Assembly (NCBI RefSeq): GCF_021028975.2
Contig: NC_059430.1
Span: forward strand, 101,370,001 to 101,434,000
From: Sphaerodactylus townsendi
Taxonomy: Eukaryota
Reading direction: 5' to 3'
Length of the DNA stretch: 64,000 nucleotides
Part shown: positions 25,044 to 37,134 of the stretch, in pieces
Layout of the letters: each line of letters opens with the position of its first letter
Position numbering within the stretch: position 1 is the stretch's first letter
Notes under the pieces: generated by a model
What the model was told of the DNA's origin: nothing
Databases searched by the model: none
What the model saw: only the letters and a program-made list of their open reading frames with translations
Made by a program: the position numbers and the translations under genes

Positions 25044-25191
25044 CAGGGGTAGGGAACCTGCGGCTCTCCAGATGTTCAGGAACTACAATTCCCATCAGCC
25101 CCTACCAGCATGGCCAATTGGCCATGCTGACAGAGGCTGATGGGAATTGTAGTTCCTGAACATCTGGAGAGCCGCAGGTTCCCTACCCCTG
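25044..25191. mobile_element. Palindromic hAT (Charlie-like) MITE
   Basis: 148-bp near-perfect palindrome CAGGGGTAGGGAACC...GGTTCCCTACCCCTG with an 8-bp TSD CTCTAAAC on both sides. Confidence 0.9.
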
Positions 25192-25620
25192 CTCTAAACC
25201 ATGCTGGTTATCAATGGATCTCTAGAAAATGTAATTCTGCAGTTGAACAGGGTGGCTATGCAATTCCTGGATTAAATCTCACCTTATATATTTGTTCATT
25301 CATTTGTTCAAGGATTCTAGGTTCGAAGGTACTGGCCAATGACTCTCTTATTTAGCTGTGGTATGAGTATGATAATTGTGTCATACCTGACAAGGATATT
25401 CTAAGGCTACTGACCTGACAGAAAATGTTAAAGAGCTGAAGTGTTCTGTCTAAAATAGTTAGGAACATTATGCAGAGTTATGCAGAGGCAAACCAGCTAT
25501 GAACTTCTCTGTGTGGGGGGAGGGGGGACTAAACTGGCCGTAATTTGACTGCAAAAAAAGTATGATTCTTTAAAAGTACCTTTTTCCTTGTCTCAGGTGT
25601 CAGAGCTGCTTTAAATTGTA

Positions 25621-26000
25621 AATAGAATAGAATAGAATAGAATAGAATAGAATCTTTATTGGCCAAGTGTGATTGGACACACAAGGAATTTGTCTCCGGT
25701 GCATATGCTCTCAGTGTACATAAAAGAAAAATACATTTGTCAAGAATCATAAGGTACAGCACTTAATGATTGTCATATAGGTCTAGTAAGCAATCAGGAA
25801 ACAATCAGTAGTAATGAAAACATAAAATGTAAAATCATAAAATAAAATAAAATAAAATGTCAGCACAGGCTATAGTCATACAGTCATAAGTGGGAGGAGA
25901 TGGGTAATAGGAATGATGAAAAAAGTAGTGCAGTAATGATATAATAAGTATATAATAAATAGTTTAACATTATCGAGGGAATTATTTGTTTAACAGGATA
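25621..26000 (-). mobile_element. 3' end of a Rex1/Babar-like LINE with (CTATT)n tail
   Basis: (AATAG)n array followed by CTTTATTGGCCAAGTGTGATTGGACACACAAGGAATTTG, recalled as a squamate Rex1-type 3' UTR. Confidence 0.6.
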
Positions 26001-26636
26001 GCCACATTGGTGGCCCTGATGAAGGCAGGACGGTAAGATATACATTTTGTAAATATATAACCACACAGATCTGCATTTATCTCCCACAAACACAGAGAAG
26101 AGGGGTGAATCTCCCAAACATCCAAATGTGTACTGGACCACCAACGAGAGGCCTGCAATTCCCTTAAAGAGGACCCCTGCCCCAGGGCTTATTCAGATTG
26201 TTCCTTCTGCTTACCTAAAAACATGTCCCATTATACAAAGCCTGAATAAACATACATCGAAGGGCTTGAGCTGTGTTAGTTTCTAAGAGTTAGTTGCTTA
26301 CATGGAAATCCTCCACACCCTCCAAATCCTTAATGTTCATGAAACTAGCTTTGGCAAGGGAAAGACATTCTGCATTTGAACAGCCACACTCTCCTATCAC
26401 TTACTTGTCCCAGGACTGAGTCCTGGGTTCAGATTCTGATGCTTCCCTCCCTCCCTTCATGAATGAATGAAGCTGAACTCCACCAAGAACTCCCTCACAG
26501 AAACATTTTAAGGTGTCCTTTTATTAAAATGTGCGTCACTGTTCTGTGTGGCTTGCTTTGCTGTTGTCCGGCTGTCAGCGTGTTTCCTGGGACAGCCGCC
26601 ATGGCCTCAGGACTTGAGCCTGACCTGGGGGAGACT

Positions 26637-29636
26637 TCAGGTTGTTCGTGGCCTGTGGCTCCCACCCATGGCAATGTAGACGTCAATGGGAACGTTGGGC
26701 AGGGTCAGGCAGTGGCACCCTGGACATCTTCGCAGCTGCCTGCCCAAAAAGAAAAAAGGGACAGAGAAAGAGATTATCCCCATGTTTTTTCTGTGCCTCT
26801 GATAGGTCAATCCACACATAAGATGGAAGGCAGAGGCGTATCGCCAAAGGGGACATATGAGGTTAAATGTTCCCGGACTGTGGCCATTGTCACCCCCCAC
26901 ACCTCTCCTCCTTCCCCCGGAGTCCATACACTGACTTCAAGACCTGGTGCAAAAAAAGTTGTTTGGTCATGGTGGGGGAGGGCGGCCGCCCATACCGGGG
27001 TGGGGTGGAAGACTCAGATTTTACACCAGGCCACATTTCCCCTAAATACACCTCTAATGGGAGGAATGATGAATGTGACCAGGAATGGGACATCATAAGA
27101 AATTAGCATTTCATTTCATGCAAAGTAGCAGTCCTAGTAGTCCAAACTTGTCAGAACTTGGAAGCTAAGCAAAGTAGGCCACAGAGTACTTGAATGGGAC
27201 AGTACCAAGGAATACTGGAGTTGCTACAGCGAGAAAGGCAATGGCAAACCATTTCTGCTTGTCTCTTTCCTAGAACACCCCAAGAGTGGGGTTGCCATGA
27301 GTTGTGGTTGTGACTCAACCCCATGCCCTTCTTGCAGATGTGAGTTTCTGAGCTTTATCATTACGGACCACGAGTTCAACATACAGGGATTGGTCCACAT
27401 GATCCCTTAGGTTGACCTCAGACTCAAGGCTTATGCTGTTCCCATTCTTTTCAAGGGGACTTGGTTTCCCGATGGGTTATGCCCAAAATTCACCAGATTC
27501 TTTACACAACAAATGTGGGATTCACTACTGGGGAGGCAGAAAGGGTCACGGAGGTACATAGCTTTAAAAGGGGATTAGACAGATTCCTGGAGAAGAGGTC
27601 TATCAATGGCTACCAGCCTTGGTCACTCCATAGTCAGAGGCAGCAATCCTCTGAATCCCAGTGCAACACCAGGAGGCAACATCAGGGGAACAGCCTTGCC
27701 CTCTATGTCCTGTTTGTTGACCCACCATGGCAACCAGTTGACCACTATGTGAAACAGGTTGCTGGACTACATGGACCACTGGTCTGATTCAGCAGGGATT
27801 CGCTTATATTGTTTATGGGGGAAAGGAGCACCTGGATTTTCCACTGAAAAGGTCAAAAGGGACTCAAGGTAGATCTGCTTTAAAGAGGGTACACCCTGCT
27901 AGCAGGACTTTTTCTTACACACAGTACCCCTAAGGGCTGCCCAAAGGATTTATAGCCAGCTTGTCTAATCTCATCAGATCGTAGAAGCTAAGCAGGGACA
28001 GCCCTGGTTAGCAGTTGAATGGGAAACCACCAAGGAAAGTCGAGGGTTTGCTGCAGAATCAGGCAGTGGCAGACTACTTCTCTTCGTCTCTTGCCTTAAA
28101 AACTCTATAAGGGAGGGGTGGCCAACCTATGGATCTTCAGATGTTGATGGACTGCAATTCGGGCTGAAGGGAATTGTAGTCCATGAACATCTGGAGTGCC
28201 ATAGGTTGGCCACCCTTGCTATAGGGTCACCATAATCACTTGACAGCAAAAAAACCCCCAAACTTATGTGGAGTCCCTCCACTAAACCTACAAGGTTCAA
28301 TGCCCAAAGAAACTTTTAAAAAGCCATACAGATTCTATAATGTGAATTTACAAGTGAAACCGTTTATTATAGGACTGTTTGCTTTTGCCCTGGCCTGGGT
28401 GGCCCAGGCTAGCCTGATCTAGTTGGATCTTGGAAGCCAAGCAGGGGCAATCAATGAAGTTCAGGGCTGCGACGCAGGGGCAGGCAATGGCAAACCACCT
28501 CTGAATGTCTCTTGCCTCAAAAATTCTACAGGGTCACCAAAAGCCAGCGGCGACTTGATGGCACTTTCCTCCATCACCACCACCACATTAGCTTTTAGCA
28601 TCTATTAGAAACACCCTTTAGGTAAAATAAGTCAAACAATGTCTTGTTCCTCGCAGTCACTTGCTTAATTGACTCTGCACCTTGCAAATTAACTTATTCT
28701 AGTGTTAGGCCATTCACTCTTCCACACCCCAGGTTCCAGCTTTGTTCAGGCTAAGCATTTTTTGCTGATCTACTGTCAGATTTACTCTGAAATTATAGGG
28801 CTTGGTGGTTGACCAGAGGTAATTTGGTCCTGAAAGATTCGGCTGTTGATTACTACCATTTCTCCAGGGATGCTGGAAAAGTTGCCAGTGACAAATTAGG
28901 AACCGGGTGCCACTTCTGCCCTCCATTTTTAGGCTCACAGTGCAAAAAGCTACACAATACTGTAGGGATCTGCAGTATGTGGCTATGGAACCTAACATAG
29001 CTGTTTTAAAAAGAAAATGAAATCGGTATGTTAAGGTTCATGGGAGGAGGGGGATGTGTGAAGGGAATGGCAGGCAAAGATGTTTTATGGGACCAAAGGG
29101 CTTCTTAGAGATGCTTAACAGGAAGGGGAATGACAGAATTGAGCAGCTGCCGGTAATCCAAGAGTGAGCCAAGCACAGATTTATTCCAATGTACTAACTG
29201 GAACAATCACATAAGGCATGCCTGTGTATTTATTACCTATTGTGACATCTCGCATGGGCCATTTCCTTATAAAAGACTCACAGCAACCATCATGTAGAAA
29301 TTTTATAGATTGCTAATCACTGTGCCAGTTATCAAGTTGAATGTTATCGGTTATGAACATAGGCATTCTTATATCGGCTCTCTGCGTCTGAATGTGCACG
29401 TTGTTCTCTGTGGCAAAAGGATGTTAACTCCCATGATAGCTAACATTCTGCTGTTGTTGCACAGAACAGCAAGCATTCATGGGCACAGCCATCATTCTAC
29501 ATTTACCCAGTCCTTACCTCGTTGCAGTGCGCTCAGGGGCAACCGGCTCCTGGGTATCAGGGGCAGTCGCCAGACTGGGAGAATCTCCTGCCTCTATGGG
29601 AAATCTCCGAGCTTGTGGGGTCTCTTGGGAGCTCAT
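26637..29636 (-). CDS. FAM229A: Protein FAM229A, 73 aa; exons 29636-29518 and 26739-26637
   Basis: Spliced product MSSQETPQARRFPIEAGDSPSLATAPDTQEPVAPERTATR|QLRRCPGCHCLTLPNVPIDVYIAMGGSHRPRTT* carries the FAM229 motifs RRFPIEAGD and QLRRCPG. GT-AG phase-2 intron, AATAAA at 26520-26525 (minus), located beside TSSK3 and BSDC1 as in human. Confidence 0.9.
27130..27320 (+). mobile_element. 5S rRNA-derived SINE
   Basis: GGAAGCTAAGCA...GAATGGGAC...GGAATAC 5S-like head plus GGCAATGGCAAACC tail. Confidence 0.65.
27540..27810 (+). mobile_element. CR1 LINE 3' end
   Basis: SFKRGLDRFLE ORF2 terminus and GGACCACTGGTCTGATTCAGCAGG 3' UTR. Confidence 0.7.
27955..28258 (+). mobile_element. 5S rRNA-derived SINE with a nested hAT MITE (about 28112-28218)
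   Basis: ATCTCATCAGATCGTAGAAGCTAAGCAGGGACAGCCCTGGTTAG head; palindromic insert flanked by CTATAAGG/CTATAGGG. Confidence 0.75.
28390..28585 (+). mobile_element. 5S rRNA-derived SINE
   Basis: GCCCAGGCTAGCCTGATC..GGAAGCCAAGCAGG head and GGCAATGGCAAACCAC tail. Confidence 0.7.
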
Positions 29637-29889
29637 GTCCGAGCCCCAGACCTATCTGATTAACAGAAAAAGGATGAGTGGGGTAAGCCCCCACCACCCA
29701 GGAGCTCCATATCAGACCCACACACCTGCCCTCCTCATAAGTCCATCTAGCAGAGTACACAGTGCTAGCAAAGATGGGTAGCTCTGCGATAAGGTATACA
29801 AGATAGGAAATGCAAAACTCTCCTGGGGGAGCGGAGGGGTACAACCATATCTACATTGCTGATTGTAGGTGGTTAGAAGTCAGTAGGCC

Positions 29890-30050
29890 TTGATCTGGAT
29901 GGCCCAGGCTAGCCTGATCTTATCAGATCTCAGAAACTAAACAGAAGGCCACCAAATAAGTCCTGGGAGCAGGAGCAGGCTGTGGCAACCCTTGAGAACC
30001 CTACAAGATCATTATAAGCCAGCTACAACTTGATGACATTCTCTACCACA
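29890..30050 (+). mobile_element. 5S rRNA-derived SINE, internally deleted
   Basis: GGATGGCCCAGGCTAGCCTGATCTTATCAGATCTCAGAAACTAA matches the other copies. Confidence 0.6.
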
Positions 30051-33000
30051 ACCAGAAGTTGGTGGACACCCAGTTCAGCCTTGCTGTCCATCTCTAGGGA
30101 AACAACAGAGGCTAGCCATTACAAAAAAAGAGCCCTTCTGCCCAGGTCTGGGACCTTTCCCTTCTGATTGCAGTAAGTTTGCCCACCTTTTTTCCTTAAA
30201 AAAAACCCCAGGAGGTGTGTCTTTGAACAGCAGCTTCTCAAGCAGAAGTAAGGCAGGAGAAGCTTTTCCTAGAATTAGGGAAAGCTTCAGCAGTTTCTCA
30301 GAGAACCAGCAGAAGACACAAAGGCCTTCCTTCCCCTTAGATGTGTGTTTCTGCCTTAAAACTGAATGATGTCCTCAGGGGCACATGCTCATTTGAGAAC
30401 AAAGCCCAGGCATTCCAAAGGCGTTCAAGACATGGGACAGGCCTGACTCAAGTCAAAACATCCTGTGAGACACAATGGGCTCGGCTTGGCCTTCAGGACC
30501 TTGTTGTCACAAGCCATACCTGTCAAAGGCGGAGGAATGCTCCCTAGAGTCCACTGGGCAGCTTGAAGGAGCCTATTGCAAAGGACAGGCTCGGTTGGAG
30601 CCCAGAGGGATGCAGCAACATGGCTGCATTGTGACCTGAAACTGCAGTGCTTACATCACAATGCATCGGAGAGCCTTGAAGGACCAGGCCTGGAACTCTC
30701 TGGACCCTTGGCTTCTAAGGCTTGGGAACTCCCACTGGAGACCTTTCCAGGCCCCGTGAAAACCAACTGGAGAGTGCCTCTCCCTCTTCCCTGGCATCTC
30801 CTATTGTAGCCTTCTCCTTGTCTCTCTTATATGCTCCTGTACTCTTAAAGGACACTCAAATGGGGTTGGGAGCAAACAAAAGAGAATTCTGGGGGGCATG
30901 GATGTCCAAATCTATGAGCGAAAAAACTCTGTATGGTTTGTTCTCCCCTGACTTCAGCCTTAAAAAGAACTCTTCTCACCACACCAGCATCAGTAAATTT
31001 TATCACCCTCAGCTTCAGGTAAGAGCTTGCTTCCTCCTAATGAGTGTGTTGACATCAGCTGAAACGTTAGCATGGGATCTCCAGCAGTAAAAGATACAGA
31101 ATTTCTAGCCATTTGCCCTTCAGGTAGCCCACTTCCTTTCCCTCAGCCCTTAGCCATTGCAGAGGTGAGATGTGAAAGTCTGGTCTTCTTTTTTGCTTTT
31201 GTCTAGGTTTGTGTGTGTTTATATGAAGACACCCAAGAAATTGGATTCCAGGGTTCTGTTCTTCTAACAGTTGCTCTTTCCACAAGCCCAAGGGAATTTC
31301 TTCCACTGAAACAAAATACCTCTTGTAGAAACAAAAGGCTGCTTGGACCAGAATGGATCTGAGCTTCAAAGATTGCTAGGCAGTGCCTCAAAGAATGCTG
31401 GGCAGATATTACAGGCGCAAATGGTGCAGGAGGGTTTAGGAAGAGAAATACGGTGCAATAAATCATGGGTCAGGATCATGACCTAACTAACACTGATGAA
31501 CATGGAGGGAGAAGAACAGGTGTTCTAGACTGGAAATTTAAATGCCAGTATCAGACACAGGGCATGGAGATGTCTGGTAGAAATAACTTTAAAGTTCCCA
31601 GACTCCTTTCTCGCTTTAAGACAATTATGGCCACTGGCTGCATGGCCAATATCCAGGATGGCTTCTGATTTACCAAGCATCAACATCAGCCCAGGGATCA
31701 CCTGCTGCCCCTGATTCCAAAGGCTACCGACAAAATTATTCTCCTGTTGTGATCTCTTTACTCACTTCTGTAAAAAAAAAATCCTCAAGTCATTGAGACT
31801 TTTCACTTTACAAAATAAGTTAACTAGAGAGGGAAAGTTATGATACCATTATGAATGGAGTGTGGCAATGCTTTTAATACAAACAAAAATGCTGTTTTAC
31901 TTATTGTAGAACAACAACCATAAGGTGGCCAGTAACAAACAGCTTCCTCAAAGGACTGGAAGTTAAATACATGGAAGCAAACCATAGACTAGCAGTGGCG
32001 TTAAAAGCACATCTTCTGTTTTCTGGTATCCAGAGGTCAACTTTTACAGCAGTGATTTCTTATTCTTACTTCGAGGCATCTATTTCGCGCATCAGACTGC
32101 CGAAGAAGGGCCTGACAGACTCATCCCCCCCTTGTTTTTATGTTTTGTGTGGCAAAGCAACACCACTTAGCTCTGGGAGATTTTGTCCAGTCCTGCGTAA
32201 ATCAGATCAATTTGGTTCACAACAGACTGTTGAAAATTAACTAGCTGTCCTTCCAACCGGCACCTCGGCTTTATATCTCCTTTCGAACAACTCAAAGCAT
32301 TTTAGCATCAGAGGTAGGTAAAGCTTAAAATACAGCAAATTTGAAGCTTCAGAGCTAATCTAAGATTTGAACCTGCATTTTCCCATTCTGCTCTCTGGCC
32401 ATACCATCATGCCAGTCTTCTCTGGACTACTCTTTCCAACTGTGAAGAAACCTAGTCCACAGACTGATTCCCCATCACACTCCACAGCTGCAAACTCTGT
32501 GGGAATTCCCTCACCTGATAAGAAAGAGGGTTGAGGAAATCGGAATACTTACTCTTAAGAGTTGCCTGATGTAGCTAGACCCCAACCCTGCCACGCAGTC
32601 TCAAGCCAGCAGACTCCCATGATGGGGGGAAAAACAGAAACTTAACTGTCCATGTTCAATGCTAATAACTAGCAGGCCTACCTACACTACACACTACAGT
32701 AATCTCTTACCCCAAGGCCACCCAGCTGTAGGCCTCTTGGCAGGTTAACCCATCACTGTTGAGAGATCAGTGCAGGGCCAGTTTTTTGTCCTTTGGAGAA
32801 GTATGAATGGCCTCTTCCCATTGGTGCAAACCCACTACCTCCAGCTTGTGGCCTTCGGGTAACACAAGGTTGCATCACAATGACAGCTCAAAGTTTTAAG
32901 ATGTCCAACCTCAGTTTTCGCCCCTCATCAAAGGACCTTGTCTAGGCAGGAAAAATGATCTAGCATCCTGGGCTGCTACTTATGCAGGCCCTGGTCTGGA

Positions 33001-33079
33001 AGGAGAAGGACAGTGATGTGTGGACTTTGTGATGACATGATGCCTTGAGAGGATGACCGATGAGCAAGTTAAAAACACG

Positions 33080-36000
33080 ATGGAGGAGTTCCTTCTCTCC
33101 CATGGTTACCAAGTGGGCAAAACCATTGGAGAAGGGACATATTCAAAGGTCAAAGAAGCTTTTTCAAAGAAACACCAGCGAAAAGTGGCCGTGAAAATTA
33201 TAGACAAAAAGGGAGGACCAGAAGGTAAGCTGCAGGAGAAGAGCACAGGGTAAGCTCAATAGGCAGGTGATCTTGCTGCCAGGTACCTTGGAACAAGGCT
33301 CCACTATATTTCCAGGGGACATATTCTTTTGATGGACACTTCCATTGCAGAGTCGGTTTCTTTCACAAATGCAGACAATGCTCTTGCAAAGAAACCCTTT
33401 CTAGAAAGAAGATGGATTAGCCCTGCAGGTGTATGCATAATTAGATTTGACTGGGTTTTTTTCCAGGTTGCTGAGAAAGTTCCTTTGCAGGGTTTGTTGT
33501 TTCTGCAGCCTTCTCCCCCAGAGCACATGGTCTTGGCCATGCATTCCTCTCTCACAAAGATAATGAGAGCCAGCGTGGTGTAGTGGTTAAGAGCAGGTGC
33601 ACTCTAGTCTGGAGAACCAGGTTTGATTCCCTGCTCTAGCTGTGGAGGCTTATCTGGTGAACCAGATTAGTTTGTGCACTCCAGCACACGCTAGCTGGAT
33701 GACCTTGGCCTAGTCACAGTTCTTCAGAGCTCTCTCAGCCCTACCCACCTCACAGGGTGTTTGTTGTGGGGGGGAGGGGGAGAAGGGAAAGGAGATTGTA
33801 AGCCCCTTTGCGTCTCCTTACAGAGAAAATCCAAACTCCTCCCCCTCCCTCTTCTTCTAATGTTTGCCAATGTCAATTGGCTACCACAATATTTAACAGC
33901 CCTAGAACAATCTGAGGCATCTTCAGACTTTGTTGGAAGACATGGGGGAATCTTTAATTATATTGCTGCATGGGAGCTGCTTTTCATTAGTATTAGCATA
34001 TAGGGGGGTCCACACACCACTGTAGGGTTTGATAGAATTTTCCATGGTAAAGACCACCCAACCAGCACTTGTCCACATGGTGGGGGCTAACTTACATGCA
34101 AGCATATAATAAACCCGTTACAGAACAGTTATACCAGACATCACTAGCACCAGCTTCTGCCAAAACTGATCCAGAATTCATGGATATTTGAAGGGCACAC
34201 TTAGTTTTGCATCTGACTGGGTTTGGCTGCTAATAGAAGTTCTCCACTGTTTGGGGCAGGGCTGCTCTTTCCAATTTTAGCAGCAGTGTGCAAGATTCTT
34301 AGGCCAGTTCAGAAACTTATTCTGGGCCACACTTCAGATTAAACTGCCACGATCTATGCAAAAAAAAATTATTAGCACATGATAAACTTAAAAGATTGAA
34401 AGGTGACTCCTCTGAGACAACTTTACAATTGCTTGACAAACAGGTTCCTGCATATTTCTTCGGCTTTTGAAGACAGCATATATTCTGATTATGCTGCAGT
34501 TAGTGGTTAGATTGACCATGTTGGATCTTAAGGCTGCAACTTGGCTTGGGGTAAACCCCATTGACTAGAATGGGACTTACTTCCAAGTAGAGATGTCTGT
34601 CTCCCTCTCTCAGCTTCAGTGGTTCTAATTTCACAGCAGCCAGTGTTTTTTGCCTGCTGGAAAAGATCCCAAGTCACTTCAGATCTATTGCAATCTAGCC
34701 AACAATCTTTGAAGAAGAAGAGTTGGATTTATATCCCCCCTTTCTCCTGTAGGAGACTCAAAGGGGCTTACAAACTGCTTTTCCTTCCCCCCTCACAACA
34801 AACACCTTGTGAGATAAATGGGGCTGAGAGAGCTCAGAAGAACTGTGACTAGCTAGCCCAAGGTCACCCAGCTGGCGTGTGTTGGAGTGCACAGGCTAAT
34901 TTGAATTCCCCAGATAAGCTTCCACAGCTCAAGCAGCAGAGTGGGGAATCAAACCCATTTCCTCCAGATTAGAGTACACCTGCTCTTAACCACTACGCCA
35001 CTGCTGCCCCATTGCTGATGATTTCCTTCTTCCCATCAAACCAGGTCAATGACACTTAAAGTTTTTTCTTGTGGTATCACAAGAGGCAAGAAAAGGAAAC
35101 TCTCTACTGAACTTTCAGAATGGTTATATAAACCTTCCTCTCTAAATTGCTTTTTAGCATATAATCTAGATACTGAGGTATGCTAGAGGGGAAGGGAAGA
35201 ACTAAAGAAATGATAAATGCAAGTTTTTACACACAGTTTTAAAACTTTTATAAACTCTTAATTATTTGCCTTGTTTGTTCCCATAACCCTGTGGTGCAGA
35301 ACGGTAAGCTGCAGTTCTGCAGCCAAAGTTCTGCTGACGACCCGAGTTTAATTCCAACAGAAGCTGGTTTCAGGTAGCCAGCTCAAGGTTGACTCAGCCT
35401 TCCATCCTTCTGAGGTCAGTAGAATGGATACCCAGCTTGCTGGGGGATAAAATGTAAATGACTGGGGAAGTCAATGGCAAACCGCAACATAAACATATTC
35501 TGCCTAGTAAATGTGTTGACTTGGGGCTTGCACAGGGGACTACCTTTACTTTTCTGTTTTTTGTTGTTCACATTGGATGTGTACTTGACTAATGGTGTTA
35601 GCCCCCTTAAGCTAGGAAAGGCTTATAAATCCCCCTCCACATGATAATTAGTTTAGTGACCTTTTGCTCCTCTTCCCTACTGCCATTTCCCTCCCCATGT
35701 CACTCTACATCTGGAGTCTGCAACCTGCGCCTCTCCAGATGTTCATGGACTACAATTCTCATCAGCCCCTGCCAGCATGGCCAGTTGGCAGGGGTTGATG
35801 GGAACTGTAGTCCATGAACATCTGGAGAGGTGCAGGTTGCAGACCCCTGCTCTACATCATTTACACCATCCACTGCAACTCTCATTTCTTTTCTGGAAGA
35901 GTCTGCAAGGTCATAAGAAAGGCACCAGTTTGTTGGCACCATGATGACCCCATCCAATGTTGGCTTCTCCAGAACTGCATTATTCCTTTTTCAAATTCCA

Positions 36001-37134
36001 TCCTGAATGGCCCAGGCTCACCCAATCTTGTCAGATCTCAGAGGCTAAGCTCTGTTTAGTATTTGGACAGGTTATCACGAAGGAAGTCCAGGGCTGTTAT
36101 GCAAGGGCAGGCAAATGACAATATTTGTCTCTTGCCTTTAAAACCACACATGGTCGTCCTAAGTTGGCTACCAAACTTGATAGCACTCTCCACCACCAGA
36201 ATCAGGAACACAACAGCAGAAGACATGGTGTTCCTCTTGGAGTAGACAGCTTTGTAGAAAAGTGAGTCATGACTAAGCAAATAACTGATCTACTAATGAC
36301 CTGAACTTTCACAAAACATCACAATCAGAGCATCCAAAAATCATGATTGAGGCGTGACTATGTTCTCCTTTAGTCAACCAAACATCCACTGATGCACCAG
36401 GGCCAATTGTTCAGCTATGACTTTTCAATGATAAATTATTCCTTAGACCAGCTCTGCCATTTTCCTTTCCAGAGTTTATCGAGAGATTCCTTCCTAGGGA
36501 GCTCCAGATCGTCAAGCGCTTGGATCACAAGAACATCATCCGCGTATATGAGATGCTGGAGTCCACCGACGGGAAAATCTACCTGGTGATGGAGCTGGCA
36601 GAAGATGGCGATGTCTTTGACTGTGTGCTGCAAGGCGGGCCTTTGCCCGAGAGCAGAGCAAAAGCCCTCTTTTGTCAGCTGGTAGAGGCAATCCGCTACT
36701 GCCACAGCTGTGGTGTGGCGCACCGTGACCTGAAATGTGAAAATGCCCTCTTGCAGGGCTTCAACCTGAAACTGACTGACTTTGGATTTGCAAAACTGCT
36801 CCCCAAGAACCGCAAGGAGCTGAGCCAGACGTTCTGTGGCAGCACTGCCTATGCCGCCCCCGAGGTGCTGCAGGGTGTGCCCCACGATAGCAAGAAGGGT
36901 GATATTTGGAGCATGGGGGTGGTTCTCTATGTCATGCTCTGTGCCAACCTGCCCTTTGATGACACAGATATCCCCAAGATGCTTTGCCACCAGCAGAAGG
37001 GGGTTTCCATCCCAGGCCACTTGGGGATTTCAGAGGAATGCCAGGACCTTCTCAAAAGCCTGTTGGAACCAGACATGATCTTGAGGCCTTCCATTGAAGA
37101 AGTAACCTGGCATCCATGGTTAGCAAACCCCTGA
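33080..37134 (+). CDS. TSSK3: Testis-specific serine/threonine kinase 3, 268 aa; exons 33080-33224 and 36473-37134
   Basis: MEEFLLSHGYQVGKTIGEGTYSKVK..VAVKIID..GPE|EFIERFLPREL..HRDLKCEN..DFG..APE..WHPWLANP; GT-AG phase-1 intron; AATAAA at 37164-37169. Confidence 0.97.
33565..33858 (+). mobile_element. tRNA/CORE SINE (Squam3-like)
   Basis: GAGAGCCAGCGTGGTGTAGTGGTTAAGAGC head, B-box, CTT-rich tail. Confidence 0.82.
34710..35008 (-). mobile_element. tRNA/CORE SINE (Squam3-like)
   Basis: Reverse copy, (GAA)n GAGTTGGATTTAT...CTTAACCACTACGCCAC. Confidence 0.82.
35285..35555 (+). mobile_element. Sauria SINE (Squam1-like)
   Basis: GCTCAAGGTTGACTCAGCCTTCCATCCTTCTGAGGTC core, ATGGCAAACC, ACCTTT tail. 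Confidence 0.75.
35711..35849. mobile_element. Palindromic hAT MITE
   Basis: Same family as 25044; 8-bp TSD CTCTACAT. Confidence 0.85.
36000..36198 (+). mobile_element. 5S rRNA-derived SINE
   Basis: GGCCCAGGCTCACCCAATCTTGTCAGATCTCAGAGGCTAAGC head. Confidence 0.6.

Noticed and set aside
26463-27098. 211-aa plus-strand ORF
   Set aside because: Antisense to the FAM229A last exon and intron; no protein family resemblance.
27955-28050. 5S rRNA gene
   Set aside because: Diverged and fused to a retroposon tail; it is a SINE head, not an rRNA gene.
33565-33640. tRNA gene (A and B boxes)
   Set aside because: Head of a multi-copy SINE; no intact cloverleaf evident.
36436-37020. 194-aa antisense ORF over TSSK3 exon 2
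   Set aside because: Typical antisense shadow of a real exon; no independent support.
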